The position numbers and the translations under genes were made by a program. From IMG/VR virus record IMGVR_UViG_3300043540_000091, positions 32,001 to 96,000 of that record: a stretch of DNA of 64,000 bases; one strand, given 5' to 3'. Shown piece after piece: positions 52,723 through 62,254 of the stretch; position 1 is the first letter of the stretch; each line of letters starts with the position of its first letter. The notes under the pieces are model-generated. The model made no database searches. It was not told the DNA's origin and saw nothing but the letters and a program-made list of their open reading frames with translations. Source of the DNA: a virus.

Positions 52723-54215
52723 ATACGATGCTCCACGACGTCTCCCATCGAGTTATAGATCACGACGCGTTCGTTCGCGTGGCGTTCCATCATCTTGGAA
52801 CCGACGACTCTGAAGTCAGCGACGAAGAGATCCTTCTTGGCGTCAGTGATCCGTGTTCCTCGACCTATCCCCTGCTTGACCTTGGTCTCCGATGTCCCTC
52901 CCTGGAGATATACCAGAGATCCTGTTGGTTTAGTGTCGACGCCGGTGCTGATGGCACTCGTTCCGATCAGAAGCTTGGTCTCGCCACGGTTGAACCTGTC
53001 GACCATCGCATCGACGTCCGGCTTCCATTGCTCGCGCGGGAAGTTATCCTTGAGGTTGACTCCGTCGACGACCTCTCTGTCTGGGATGCCACCATGAGCA
53101 AACTCGTACGGTATGGTCAGATATGGCTTAAGGGCTAGGAACTGATTGAACTCCTCGAGCAGGATGATCGTTTGACGGTTCGATATGGTGACGGACTTCT
53201 GCGCGAACTCAGCCGCGAGCTTGTTGACATGTGGATTCAGGTGAAGCTGATTACGAACCTCGGTCTTGCCATCACGCGAGCCGGTAGGACCAAAGGCTGG
53301 TACCTCGAACATATGGAAGTACGGTCGTGCCAGGAAGCCCTGGTCGACGAGTTTCTTGAACTCCTTGCGATACACGACCGGTCCCGTGATGCCCTTGAGA
53401 AGCATGTCGGTCCCATCGTTTCGCATCTGCGTCGCGGACACGAAGAACCTGGCCGGAACATCTCTCAGAAGACCTAGCGCGACGCGCTCCATCGTGTCAG
53501 CCGGTGTGGTATGAGACTCGTCCCATACGAACTGCTGAGTCTTCACGAAGAAGTCCCACTCCTCCGTGTTCGGCTCGATGTTGGTGAGTGCCTGACCGGT
53601 GCAGACAGTGAACAGCTTGCCGAGGTCGTGGCGGCCTGCGCCGTACTTCCCGACGTACCGACCTCCGAACAGGTGAACCATCTCCTTGTGAAGCTGGTTC
53701 GTGATGGTCTTGCTCGGAGTGATCACCGTGGTCGGAACCGGATTGCGCTTGCAGATCTCCTCGATGATCCGACTCTTGCCGGAACCTGTCGGAAGCTCGA
53801 CCGCCGCCGGTCCGTACTTGGCATTGTCGAAGAGGGCGTCTACCGACTCTTCCTGGTAATACCGCGCCTTGAAGTCTGGGACGTGAGCCCACGGCAGCGA
53901 GAAGCTTGCCTGTGGTATATTGAGACTTTGGTCTAGGTCCCAGCCGAAGGTTAGCTTGAAGTCGCGCCAGAGGCCAGCGTACGTGTACGGTGTCCCAGAT
54001 TGATCCAGCATCATGAGGGTACGCTTCTGTCTCAGTTTGAGTTCCTCGATCTTGGCCGCGTGGCCGTCAGGATCTCGGCGCTTCCACTGGTAGTTCATTC
54101 GAGTCTTCTGGAGCTGATACTTGACGTCGTTGTCGACGTACTCGAGGAAGGTACGGACCTTGGTCGAGTCTTCTGGAAGTCGTATTACGGATGGCGCGGC
54201 GAATGATATGCCCAT
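52719..54215 (-). CDS. superfamily 2 DNA helicase (UvsW/Rad25-like)
   Basis: RYYQ, LPTGSGKS, WDESH, SAT, STGVD, QGIGRGTR; true start likely ATG 54215. Confidence 0.9.
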   Translation of the reverse strand: MGISFAAPSVIRLPEDSTKVRTFLEYVDNDVKYQLQKTRMNYQWKRRDPDGHAAKIEELKLRQKRTLMMLDQSGTPYTYAGLWRDFKLTFGWDLDQSLNIPQASFSLPWAHVPDFKARYYQEESVDALFDNAKYGPAAVELPTGSGKSRIIEEICKRNPVPTTVITPSKTITNQLHKEMVHLFGGRYVGKYGAGRHDLGKLFTVCTGQALTNIEPNTEEWDFFVKTQQFVWDESHTTPADTMERVALGLLRDVPARFFVSATQMRNDGTDMLLKGITGPVVYRKEFKKLVDQGFLARPYFHMFEVPAFGPTGSRDGKTEVRNQLHLNPHVNKLAAEFAQKSVTISNRQTIILLEEFNQFLALKPYLTIPYEFAHGGIPDREVVDGVNLKDNFPREQWKPDVDAMVDRFNRGETKLLIGTSAISTGVDTKPTGSLVYLQGGTSETKVKQGIGRGTRITDAKKDLFVADFRVVGSKMMERHANERVVIYNSMGDVVEHRI

Positions 54216-54221
54216 GCTCGG

Positions 54222-54266
54222 ATGATACCACGATATGTTTGATTTACGAAAGAGTCGTGGTATAGT
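54222..54266. promoter_or_regulatory. back-to-back extended -10 promoters at the strand switch
   Basis: Minus TGGTATCAT (54230-54222) 6 nt before ATG 54215; plus TGGTATAGT (54258-54266) before GAGG RBS and GTG 54288. Confidence 0.6.
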
Positions 54267-54287
54267 TGATCTCATCAGAGGTGTCCT

Positions 54288-54701
54288 GTGAAGAAGAAAC
54301 CCAAGATATCCGAAACATTCCTTGGTTCGGTCGAAGATGCCATGGCCTACGGCGTCTACGAAGCCATCATGCTCTACCACATCCGCTGGTGGATGAAGAC
54401 CAACAAGGAGAACGGCGTAAACATCTTCCCAGACAAGAACGGCGTCCTTCGGTACTGGACCTACAACACCAGGAAGGCCATGATGAAGTGGTTTCCGTAC
54501 TGGAGCGAGTCCCAGATCCGCCGAATCCATGAGTCCTTGGTCCAACAGGGCGTGATCCTGGTCGGACGCTTCAACAAGAACCCGTTCGACACGACCAACT
54601 GGTACACCCTAAACGACGATTCGAGCAGAGTTCAGGCAGGCACCTCCGTCTCCAACGACAACGACAACGACAAGTTCACCGACGTGGAGGAACTGGAGTG
54701 A
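54288..54701 (+). CDS. replication initiator N-terminal winged-helix protein (lambda O/DnaD-like replisome organiser)
   Basis: A..YGV.EAI.L..I.WW...N...WTYNT......FPYWS..QIRR...L...G.I..G.FNK..D.T.WYTL; followed by iterons and helicase. Confidence 0.8.
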   Translation: MKKKPKISETFLGSVEDAMAYGVYEAIMLYHIRWWMKTNKENGVNIFPDKNGVLRYWTYNTRKAMMKWFPYWSESQIRRIHESLVQQGVILVGRFNKNPFDTTNWYTLNDDSSRVQAGTSVSNDNDNDKFTDVEELE

Positions 54702-54717
54702 CGAATCTATCCTTCCG

Positions 54718-54865
54718 GACTGACGAAATCGTACATCGCGTTGACCGTCACGTCGACTGCCGAAATCGTACATCATTGACTGACGAAATCGTCCCTCAAT
54801 GTTTGCCGAAATCGTACTTCCTTCTATATACACATATATACCAGGTATTAAAACAGGTATTCACG
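54718..54865 (+). repeat. four 20-bp iterons plus AT-rich tract: probable replication origin
   Basis: GACTGACGAAATCGTACATC (54718), GACTGCCGAAATCGTACATC (54755), GACTGACGAAATCGTCCCTC (54778), GTTTGCCGAAATCGTACTTC (54801), then TATATACACATATATA. Confidence 0.8.
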
Positions 54866-54893
54866 AAAGGCATCTTTTCGGGAGGGGAAACAC

Positions 54894-56207
54894 TTGGCTG
54901 AAAATCGTGATGATAGACTCCCTCGAGAAGCCCAGCTTGCCGTGATCGGTCACTGCATGCGTAGTCCAGACTTCTACCTTCGAGTGTCTCCCACTCTCCC
55001 CGCGAACTACTTCGTCGACCTGATCGCTCGAAACATCTACGCGTACGTTGGGCAGCTCTACGAGAACAACGCCCGCGCCATCTCTGGGCTTGAACTCAGG
55101 ACCTACGTCAAGCAGTACCAGTCAGATCCACAGTCCTTCGAGCGTTATTCCAAGTACATCGCCGAGGCCGAGATGTACTCGGCTGACTTCACTACTGGCC
55201 GACTCATGGGCCTGCTCCAGAGGCAGCGTGCTCACTACGAGTACCAGTCCGGCATGATCGATCTCTCCAAGAAGGTGGGCGCTGGCAAGAAGGAAGAGGC
55301 GATGGAGGTCATCAAGAAGTTGGCCGAACTCGACAAGTCTTCGCTCATGAGCCAGCCTTCATCGGAAGAGAACCTCTTGGCGCTGGACGAGGAAGAGCGT
55401 AAGTGGGAAGAATCGCTCAAGAATCGCGTTCCTCTCATCTCTCCAAAGGTCAACGGCAAGTTCATGCTCATGCCTGGTATCACCCTCATCGGCGGCGTGA
55501 CCAAGTCCGGTAAGTCGACCATCCTTGCCAATCTCGTACCGGCGATCCTGAACCACTTCCAGGACAAGAAGATCTTCATCATCTCGAACGAGGATGACAT
55601 GAACCGGATCAGTTCGCGCATCGCGTGCTGCGTGCTGGGCGTTCCGATCCGCAAGTTCATGAACGATCCTTCGAGCCTTCCGCCGGAGACGGTCGCGCAG
55701 GTGAAGCAGCTCAAGAGATCCGTCGCGTCGCGCATCGTCGTGGCGTCCATGCCGCACTACGACACCTCGAACATGGAGACTGTTCAGGGCCTGCTGGAAG
55801 AAGTAAAGGCTGACGCAAAGGCTGGTAAGTACTCGGCAATCCTGCTTGACTACTATCAGATCGTCGCGAACTCGAAGAAGTTCCAGAACGTGGAGTATGT
55901 CGGCATCGCGAAGAAGTTTGGAGGCTGGCTCAAGGGCTGGGCCGCCGACATCCCGATCCCCATGATCCTGTTCGCGCAGCTTAAGCCGACCGCCGACCGC
56001 GAGGATATGCCGTTCTCTCAGCGAGTCCAGGGCGATACACACATAGCGAACCACGTTCACGCTGGTCTTGAGATCGTACGTGAGACGGACGATCGCGGCG
56101 ACATCACCAAGATCGTGTGCCAGCTCTCGCGTCACGGCGACAACCTGGGCACTGTCGGGACCTTCCGGTACAACGGCGGCCAGTTGATGTACCAGGACAA
56201 GCCTTAA
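54894..56207 (+). CDS. dnaB: DnaB-like replicative helicase
   Basis: N-terminal EAQLAVIG; Walker A GVTKSGKST; SNED; Walker B ILLDYYQ; FAQLK; SRHG; TTG start after GGAGG. Confidence 0.85.
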   Translation: MAENRDDRLPREAQLAVIGHCMRSPDFYLRVSPTLPANYFVDLIARNIYAYVGQLYENNARAISGLELRTYVKQYQSDPQSFERYSKYIAEAEMYSADFTTGRLMGLLQRQRAHYEYQSGMIDLSKKVGAGKKEEAMEVIKKLAELDKSSLMSQPSSEENLLALDEEERKWEESLKNRVPLISPKVNGKFMLMPGITLIGGVTKSGKSTILANLVPAILNHFQDKKIFIISNEDDMNRISSRIACCVLGVPIRKFMNDPSSLPPETVAQVKQLKRSVASRIVVASMPHYDTSNMETVQGLLEEVKADAKAGKYSAILLDYYQIVANSKKFQNVEYVGIAKKFGGWLKGWAADIPIPMILFAQLKPTADREDMPFSQRVQGDTHIANHVHAGLEIVRETDDRGDITKIVCQLSRHGDNLGTVGTFRYNGGQLMYQDKP

Positions 56208-56210
56208 TCG

Positions 56211-56219
56211 TGGTATCAT
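56211..56219 (+). promoter_or_regulatory. extended -10 promoter TGGTATCAT
   Basis: Intergenic, upstream of GGAGG RBS of groEL. Confidence 0.55.
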
Positions 56220-56236
56220 AGTTACGGAGGACACTT

Positions 56237-58018
56237 ATGTCACTTTTCCACGTCAACAAGCCAAAGTCTGCACCGAAGGTCATGATCCCGTCGAGCGAAC
56301 GACTCACCAACGAGGTGGTCGACACCCTCAGCATGATGGCTTCGATGGCCGGACAGACCTTAGGTCCAGGTGGACGTCAGGTCCTGATCGAGCGTCAAGA
56401 GATAAACATGAAGCCGATCGTCACCAAGGACGGCGTTACGGTGATCAAGAACCTTGGATTCGACGATCCCGTCCGCCAGCTGATCCTCGAGGCTGCACGC
56501 GACGCGGCGATCCGTACCGCTAACGAGGCCGGAGATGGCACTACGACGGCCACGGTGCTGTCCAGCGCGATATGCCGGTCAACCATCGAGGTAGTCAAGA
56601 ATAACCCAAGGATGAGCCCACAGCGCATCGTACGCGAGATGCAGCGCATGGTCCCAGACATCATCCGCAAGATCGAGTCGTACCGCATCGACGTGACCGG
56701 CGAGAACTATACCAACGTCCTGACCAGAGTTGCGACACTGTCCGCCAACGGCGACGCTGAGCTGGCCGCCAAGATCATCGAAGGTAACGACATGGTCGGC
56801 GAAGAAGGTGACATGACCATCGTCGAGATGTCAGGACCTTCCAAGTACGTGCTCGAGCGCATCAGCGGCTACACCATCGAGCGCGGATACGAGGAGTCCT
56901 GCCGGACCTTCTCCAACGGCTTCATCAACGACAAGACTGGGACCATGGTCGTGCTGGAACGTCCCGTATTCCTGCTGTACGACGGCTTCGTGAACGACTT
57001 CATGCAGATCTACGACGCGCTTCAGAACCTGTACAAGGCCATGAAGGATGAGAAGCGCACGGAGATGAACGTGGTCATCGTCGCTCACGGCTTCTCGGAT
57101 CAGGCTCTAGGTGATCTTCACACCAACTGGAACCACTCTGCCTCGACTCTCAAGGCGTTCCCGATGATGACGCCCGAGAAGGCCATCCTGAACTGGCGCT
57201 CAACCTTCCTGTACGATCTTCAGGCCTATACTGGCACTCCCGTGTTCAATCCGGTTGACCGCCCTTTGGCCGACATGAACGCAACTGGGGTACTGGCCAT
57301 CAGTCGAGTCAAGCGATTCGAGTGCAGCCGGTTCAAGGCCATGGTATTCGCAGACGAGGACGAGACTTCGATCTCGATCCGCGTCGAAGAACTGAAGGAA
57401 CACCGCAAGAATCCAGAGTCAGACTACGAACTGAACGACCTCAACGTCCGCATCGGTAAGTTGACCAGCGGCATCGTCCGCCTCAACATCTACGGTCCTT
57501 CGGCTGGTGAGACTCGCGAGAAGCGCGACCGTGCCGAAGACGCTTGGATGGCGATCAAGGGCGCGATCAAGCACGGCGCGGTCCCTGGCGGAGGATTCGT
57601 CCTCGTCAAGCTGGCTGCGTTCCTTCAGGTCACAGCCAATGAGATGAAGCGTGGAGCAAGACAGTACGCCGTCCAGATCCTGGGAGAGGCATTGCTCGAG
57701 CCGGTTCGTCTCCTGTACCGCAACTACGGGTACAACAACGAAGAGATCGAGAGACATATCATCGACATGCTGGCAAACGAAGAGCAGACCTTCGACATCT
57801 CTGAAGAACTGTTCGTACCCAAAGCAGATCTGCTTGACAGCCTGCCTGCGGTAGCCGAAGCTATAAGAAACAGCGTGTCCATCTCGGCACTTCTCGGTAC
57901 GATCGGCGGCATCGTCGCCTTCCGGCGCGACAGTCAGACGGACAAGGAAGAAGAGAGACTGGTTCGCCAATTCGAGACCGCCATCGGCGAGAGAGGATCG
58001 TTGAATGCAGGCCAGTAG
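56237..58018 (+). CDS. groEL: GroEL-like chaperonin
   Basis: TLGPGG, VTKDGVTV, AGDGTTTATVL, SANGD, EKRDRAEDA, GAVPGGG. Confidence 0.95.
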   Translation: MSLFHVNKPKSAPKVMIPSSERLTNEVVDTLSMMASMAGQTLGPGGRQVLIERQEINMKPIVTKDGVTVIKNLGFDDPVRQLILEAARDAAIRTANEAGDGTTTATVLSSAICRSTIEVVKNNPRMSPQRIVREMQRMVPDIIRKIESYRIDVTGENYTNVLTRVATLSANGDAELAAKIIEGNDMVGEEGDMTIVEMSGPSKYVLERISGYTIERGYEESCRTFSNGFINDKTGTMVVLERPVFLLYDGFVNDFMQIYDALQNLYKAMKDEKRTEMNVVIVAHGFSDQALGDLHTNWNHSASTLKAFPMMTPEKAILNWRSTFLYDLQAYTGTPVFNPVDRPLADMNATGVLAISRVKRFECSRFKAMVFADEDETSISIRVEELKEHRKNPESDYELNDLNVRIGKLTSGIVRLNIYGPSAGETREKRDRAEDAWMAIKGAIKHGAVPGGGFVLVKLAAFLQVTANEMKRGARQYAVQILGEALLEPVRLLYRNYGYNNEEIERHIIDMLANEEQTFDISEELFVPKADLLDSLPAVAEAIRNSVSISALLGTIGGIVAFRRDSQTDKEEERLVRQFETAIGERGSLNAGQ

Positions 58019-58268
58019 AGTTCTCCTAGCTCTATCCATGATCGTCAACATGTATCTGTCGTACTCACTGTACCGCGCGAATGAAACGAACGAGTTGATG
58101 TTCAGCGGACTTACGATGATAGCTAAGGCCGCGAAGACTGGCAAGGCAGAGGCATTCAAGTCCGGATGCATGTCGGCGGTCGTGAGCGCACTGCATCTTG
58201 ACACGGAAGATCCGCTCTATGAGCAATGGTGCTCGATGATGGGCGCTAAGTACTCAGTAGCGAAGTAG
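58005..58268 (+). CDS. small membrane/secreted hypothetical protein
   Basis: GAGGA RBS, N-terminal hydrophobic helix. Confidence 0.6.
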   Translation: MQASRVLLALSMIVNMYLSYSLYRANETNELMFSGLTMIAKAAKTGKAEAFKSGCMSAVVSALHLDTEDPLYEQWCSMMGAKYSVAK

Positions 58269-58269
58269 T

Positions 58270-58548
58270 ATGGCATGGTTCACGTACCGGTGTCCGGAAC
58301 ACGGAGAGTTCAAGATGTCGCTCCAGAAGAGGGAGCAGACACAGGCATGTCCGACGTGCGGATCTCGGTCAGTACCAATGTTAAAAACCAGCGGAAGCGT
58401 GTCCATCGTCGAACGGCTGGACAACGGTATCATGGGCCGTGCAGTGGAACGTCTACACAACATCGAAGAGATCATGAACGATCGCGCGGACAAGCATTCA
58501 AAAGAGTTCGAGCAACGGAACGGCGGAGCAGGTGAAGACAATGATTGA
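58270..58548 (+). CDS. FmdB-like zinc-ribbon protein
   Basis: FTYRCPEHGEF...CPTCGS. Confidence 0.75.
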   Translation: MAWFTYRCPEHGEFKMSLQKREQTQACPTCGSRSVPMLKTSGSVSIVERLDNGIMGRAVERLHNIEEIMNDRADKHSKEFEQRNGGAGEDND

Positions 58549-59539
58549 CGTCAGCTTCGGCATCCCTGGCTACATGCAAGAATACTGGGAACGCCACGAC
58601 CATGACGACTTCACTCATATCGGCTTGTCCAGCGGCATGCGGTACAACTTCGCCAAGACCAACCCGTACCTCGAGTCCTCTATCCTGCAGCTTCACGACG
58701 ATGTCGGAAACGCTGAGGTTGAAGGATACAGAGTCGTCATCGGTAACGGAGCTTCTCAGATCGTGTCTGCGGTAGCGTACGCAGCCCAGAAGATCAACCT
58801 GAATGAGATCCTTCTCGAAGCGCCGTACTGGGGTAGACTCCAGTTCCTGCTGAACTCCGGAGTACACTCGGCTGGCTTCATGGGACCGGCAGTCAAATCT
58901 CATAAAGCGCTAATCACCTCTCCGTGGTTCAAGTTCGCGGTCAGCCCGAACAATCCGGATGGTCGACTTCAAGAGCCGGAAGGTTCACTGCCGCACTTCC
59001 TGAGCGTGGTCGACATGTGCTACTACTGGCCTCAGTACGTTGACAAGGTGGAGAAGAAGGCTCACGACGTGATGATCTTCGGACTATCGAAGGCTACCGG
59101 CCATGCCGGTACTCGGCTTGGATGGGCTCTCGTAAAGGATCAGAACTTCGCGAGCTTGATGCGTGAATATATCGAAGAATCTACCTGCGGAGTGTCGAAC
59201 GACGCGCAGGAACGCGCCAGGACAATACTGTGGCACTCCCATCGCACGAATCATGCTCCGTTTCAGTTTGCAAAGACTGAACTCGCCGAGCGTTGGGAAG
59301 CGTTCGCTCAGGCTGCCAAGCAGTCGGGTAAGGTCAATGTACTCAACGCGAACGGAATGTTCGCCTGGTGCGAGTATACCGGCGGCGGGGAGTCGGCTGC
59401 AGACGAGATGCTGAAGGTGTACGGACTTAAGGTCATGCCTGGAACCTACTTCGGATCGTCACCTTCCAAGTTCAGGGTAAATCTTGGCTGTGACAAGGAA
59501 ATCTTTAACAAGATGCTTGGAGCACTCCGTGGAAGCTAG
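58541..59539 (+). CDS. PLP-dependent aminotransferase/C-S lyase of the plant alliinase / TAA1 family
   Basis: LHDDVGNA, VIGNGASQ, VSPNNPDG, DMCYYWPQY, DVMIFGLSKATGHAGTRLGWALVKD. Confidence 0.85.
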   Translation: MIDVSFGIPGYMQEYWERHDHDDFTHIGLSSGMRYNFAKTNPYLESSILQLHDDVGNAEVEGYRVVIGNGASQIVSAVAYAAQKINLNEILLEAPYWGRLQFLLNSGVHSAGFMGPAVKSHKALITSPWFKFAVSPNNPDGRLQEPEGSLPHFLSVVDMCYYWPQYVDKVEKKAHDVMIFGLSKATGHAGTRLGWALVKDQNFASLMREYIEESTCGVSNDAQERARTILWHSHRTNHAPFQFAKTELAERWEAFAQAAKQSGKVNVLNANGMFAWCEYTGGGESAADEMLKVYGLKVMPGTYFGSSPSKFRVNLGCDKEIFNKMLGALRGS

Positions 59540-61226
59540 GCTGCTGTGGCTGGAGGTCGAGGGGTTCAGGTCGTTCAAGCGAAAGGTTCGCTTCAACTTT
59601 CCCGACGGCGATGCCGTCATACTTATCAATGGCCGCTGGGTTAACTCTTCGACCAGATCTGGCTCGGGAAAGACGAGCATCATAGAGGCGATTGCCTACC
59701 TATTAGACCTTACGGATGCGTCCCAGGCTTCGCTTAAGAACTGGGACTCCAAGAAGATGATCGTCCGTGGCGGCTTCCGTATCGGCACGTCAACGGTTCA
59801 AGTGACGAGAGATCCGAAACTGTCTCTCATCATAGACAACGAGCCGTACAACAGCCTTACCAAGGGCGCGAGCGCCAAGTTGGAGGAACTGCTTGGCGGG
59901 AACGCCGAGATCCTCAAATCCATCACGTATCGCAAGCAGCGCAAACCAGGCAAGATAATCAACGCGACCGACTCCAAGATCAAGGAGTTCTTGACCGAAC
60001 CTCTGAAGCTCGGTCCGGTTGAGGCTGCCGCAGAGCAGCTTACTCAGCAGGTCACCAAGCTCACTCAAGAGATCGAGCTTCTCAAGCGCGACGAGGCTAC
60101 CTTATCCGGATTTGTCGCTTCCGGCGGAGTATCCGAAGAGGAGGCTTCCAGGGCAAGGACGGCATACGATCAGGCCAAGGCGCAGTACGAGGCGATTGCT
60201 TCTCAAGCGAACGTGTCGCAGCAGCTGATGGCCGACTCGCAACGCCTATCAGAAGAGATCCGCGCGGTGAACAGCCTGATATCCCAGGTCAATCTTAAGA
60301 AGGCCGAGAACCAGCGCATCAAGATCAGTGTGGTCGACCTCAACGCAGAGATCGAAACCCTGAAGAGAAGTTCCTGTCCTACCTGCCGACGCGAGTGGGA
60401 CCAGGCGCAGGACCTTCTGAACCAGAAGAACGCTCAGGTAGACCAGCTGATCTTCCAGCTTCGATCCAACATCGAGTACATCGGTAACTCCGAGCCGATG
60501 ATTGCCAACTTACCGAATCTGCAGGCAATGCTACAGGACGTTCAACGGAAGATCGGAGAGATGTCAGCTCCGATGAGCATGGCGCAGCAGACTCTATCAG
60601 CCGCCACGTCCGCCCTGAACTCCCTCCAGTACAGACAGAGGACGTTCCTTGAGCAGTCGGGCAAGCTGGAACAGGTAAGGTCTAAGATCGTCACGAGCCA
60701 AAGAGAGCTTCTCATCGCGGAGACGTCGTCCAAACTGATTGGTCGCAGCGGATTCCTAGGGTCTATCTTTGACGAGATCCTGGCGGACATCGAGGTAAGA
60801 ACCAATGACATGCTGCAGCACTTCCCTAACGCTGAACAGTTCACGGTCCAGGTAAGCTCAACCAAGCTAGTCAAGACTAAAGGGACCACTAAGAAGGAGA
60901 TCTCCGTAACAATCTCCAGGGCAGGAACCGACGTTGGCTACGATGACCTGTCCGGCGGCCAGCAGTCGGCCATAGAACTTTGCACCGATCTCGCGTACGC
61001 CGAAGCGGTTCGCGCACGCTCCGGATGCGCTCCTCGCTGGACTTGTCTGGATGAGGTGATGGACGGTCTGGGCTCCTCAGAGAAGGCCGCCGTCGTTGAG
61101 ATGATCCGCAAGAGGATCAAAGGTCTTGTACTCATGATCGAACATGCTACCGAGATAAAGGAGTCGTTCGATCAGACCATAAATATCGAGTACGACGGAA
61201 GAGAGTCGTATGTCGCAAGCCTCTAG
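59529..61226 (+). CDS. SbcC/Rad50-like SMC ATPase
   Basis: EGFRSF, Walker A GSGKTS, Zn hook CPTC, signature LSGGQ, Walker B LDEV, IEH; GTG 59529 after GGAG. Confidence 0.92.
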   Translation: MEARLLWLEVEGFRSFKRKVRFNFPDGDAVILINGRWVNSSTRSGSGKTSIIEAIAYLLDLTDASQASLKNWDSKKMIVRGGFRIGTSTVQVTRDPKLSLIIDNEPYNSLTKGASAKLEELLGGNAEILKSITYRKQRKPGKIINATDSKIKEFLTEPLKLGPVEAAAEQLTQQVTKLTQEIELLKRDEATLSGFVASGGVSEEEASRARTAYDQAKAQYEAIASQANVSQQLMADSQRLSEEIRAVNSLISQVNLKKAENQRIKISVVDLNAEIETLKRSSCPTCRREWDQAQDLLNQKNAQVDQLIFQLRSNIEYIGNSEPMIANLPNLQAMLQDVQRKIGEMSAPMSMAQQTLSAATSALNSLQYRQRTFLEQSGKLEQVRSKIVTSQRELLIAETSSKLIGRSGFLGSIFDEILADIEVRTNDMLQHFPNAEQFTVQVSSTKLVKTKGTTKKEISVTISRAGTDVGYDDLSGGQQSAIELCTDLAYAEAVRARSGCAPRWTCLDEVMDGLGSSEKAAVVEMIRKRIKGLVLMIEHATEIKESFDQTINIEYDGRESYVASL

Positions 61227-61647
61227 CTTCGAGTTCAAGGAGTTTATCCCCAAGGAGCTGTACAGGCGGTACTTCGACGTCGCTGCCAAAGGTGGGAAGC
61301 TGTTCGTCTGCGTAATACAAGATGAGGCCCAGGTCAATACGATCTACCTTGAACGTCCACGCGAATCGGACGGACCGAACGTGGAGGGTATAGCTCGGGT
61401 GTTCTTTGACGTCGGGCATGTGAAGCGATACTGCTCGCAGATAGCCATGGTCGAGAACTTACATCCGGATACGGTTAAGCGATGGGAAGTTCAATTCGAC
61501 GAGCTTATCGAGTACATCCTCACCTTTGACGAGCGCCGTCGCGCGGCAGGGCGTAAAAGTATCGCCGCCATCGCGTCTGCGTTCTACGGAGAAAAGTTTG
61601 TACAAATCGACACGGTATGGACATCAAACAAAGAAGTTATGGTATAG
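61210..61647 (+). CDS. hypothetical protein
   Basis: 145-aa ORF overlapping the SbcC end. Confidence 0.65.
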   Translation: MSQASSFEFKEFIPKELYRRYFDVAAKGGKLFVCVIQDEAQVNTIYLERPRESDGPNVEGIARVFFDVGHVKRYCSQIAMVENLHPDTVKRWEVQFDELIEYILTFDERRRAAGRKSIAAIASAFYGEKFVQIDTVWTSNKEVMV

Positions 61648-61648
61648 T
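61640..61648 (+). promoter_or_regulatory. extended -10 promoter TGGTATAGT
   Basis: Upstream of AGGAGG RBS and ATG 61666. Confidence 0.5.
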
Positions 61649-61665
61649 CCAAGCAGGAGGTATCC

Positions 61666-61974
61666 ATGAGCAAACAGTCCGCTAAAGGCGCGAAGAGCGC
61701 TGAGTCAGTCGAAAAGGCCGAGAAAGTTCCGGCAGAGATCCAGAAGTTGACAGAACTTCGAACTAATTATGAGAATAATCTCAACCAGACGCAACAACAG
61801 ATTGCACAGTTGAGTCAGACTCTCAACATGCTCAATGCCAAAGTCGAGCAGTTGAAAGGAGCGATCTTCAGCTTGCAAGAGTTGGAGCAACAACTTACCG
61901 GTAAACCGGACGCTGCCGCAGAAGCTCCCAAGGCTGAAGAAACCAAGGAAGTTGCCGATGGCTCGCAAGGCTAG
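61666..61974 (+). CDS. coiled-coil hypothetical protein
   Basis: AGGAGG RBS, heptad repeats. Confidence 0.75.
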   Translation: MSKQSAKGAKSAESVEKAEKVPAEIQKLTELRTNYENNLNQTQQQIAQLSQTLNMLNAKVEQLKGAIFSLQELEQQLTGKPDAAAEAPKAEETKEVADGSQG

Positions 61975-62254
61975 ACGCGGACCGAAGTCACTCTTTGACA
62001 AGATCAAAGAGATCGATGCCGAGTTCCCAGAAGGTCTGATCACGGCCACAGACGAGATGCTCAACCAGCGTCTTGCTGCGCTTGCCAAAGAACAGACCGC
62101 GATCGAAGAAGAGCGTGCTGCGGATACCGACCTCAAGTCGCTTCAAGAACAAGCGAAGCACGCTGCTTCCGGATACAACGAACGCACTCAGGCCGTAAAG
62201 CTGAAGCGCCGTTATGTGTACGGAATCCTAAAGGAGCGCGGTAAGGCACCGTGA
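61958..62254 (+). CDS. hypothetical helical protein
   Basis: ATG 61958 after AAGGAA, GTGA overlap with next gene. Confidence 0.7.
   Translation: MARKARRGPKSLFDKIKEIDAEFPEGLITATDEMLNQRLAALAKEQTAIEEERAADTDLKSLQEQAKHAASGYNERTQAVKLKRRYVYGILKERGKAP

Noticed and set aside
54216-54545. N-terminal extension of the 608-aa helicase ORF
   Set aside because: Overlaps the initiator gene on the opposite strand; promoter and ATG at 54215 give a better start.
54718-54820. Possible mini CRISPR array
   Set aside because: Repeats are 20 bp with 3-17 nt gaps, too short for spacers; no cas genes; context indicates iterons.
54698-54901. 67-aa ORF across the iterons
   Set aside because: Translation simply reflects the repeats (TDEIV twice); more likely origin DNA or a relic of the initiator linker, though expression is not excluded.
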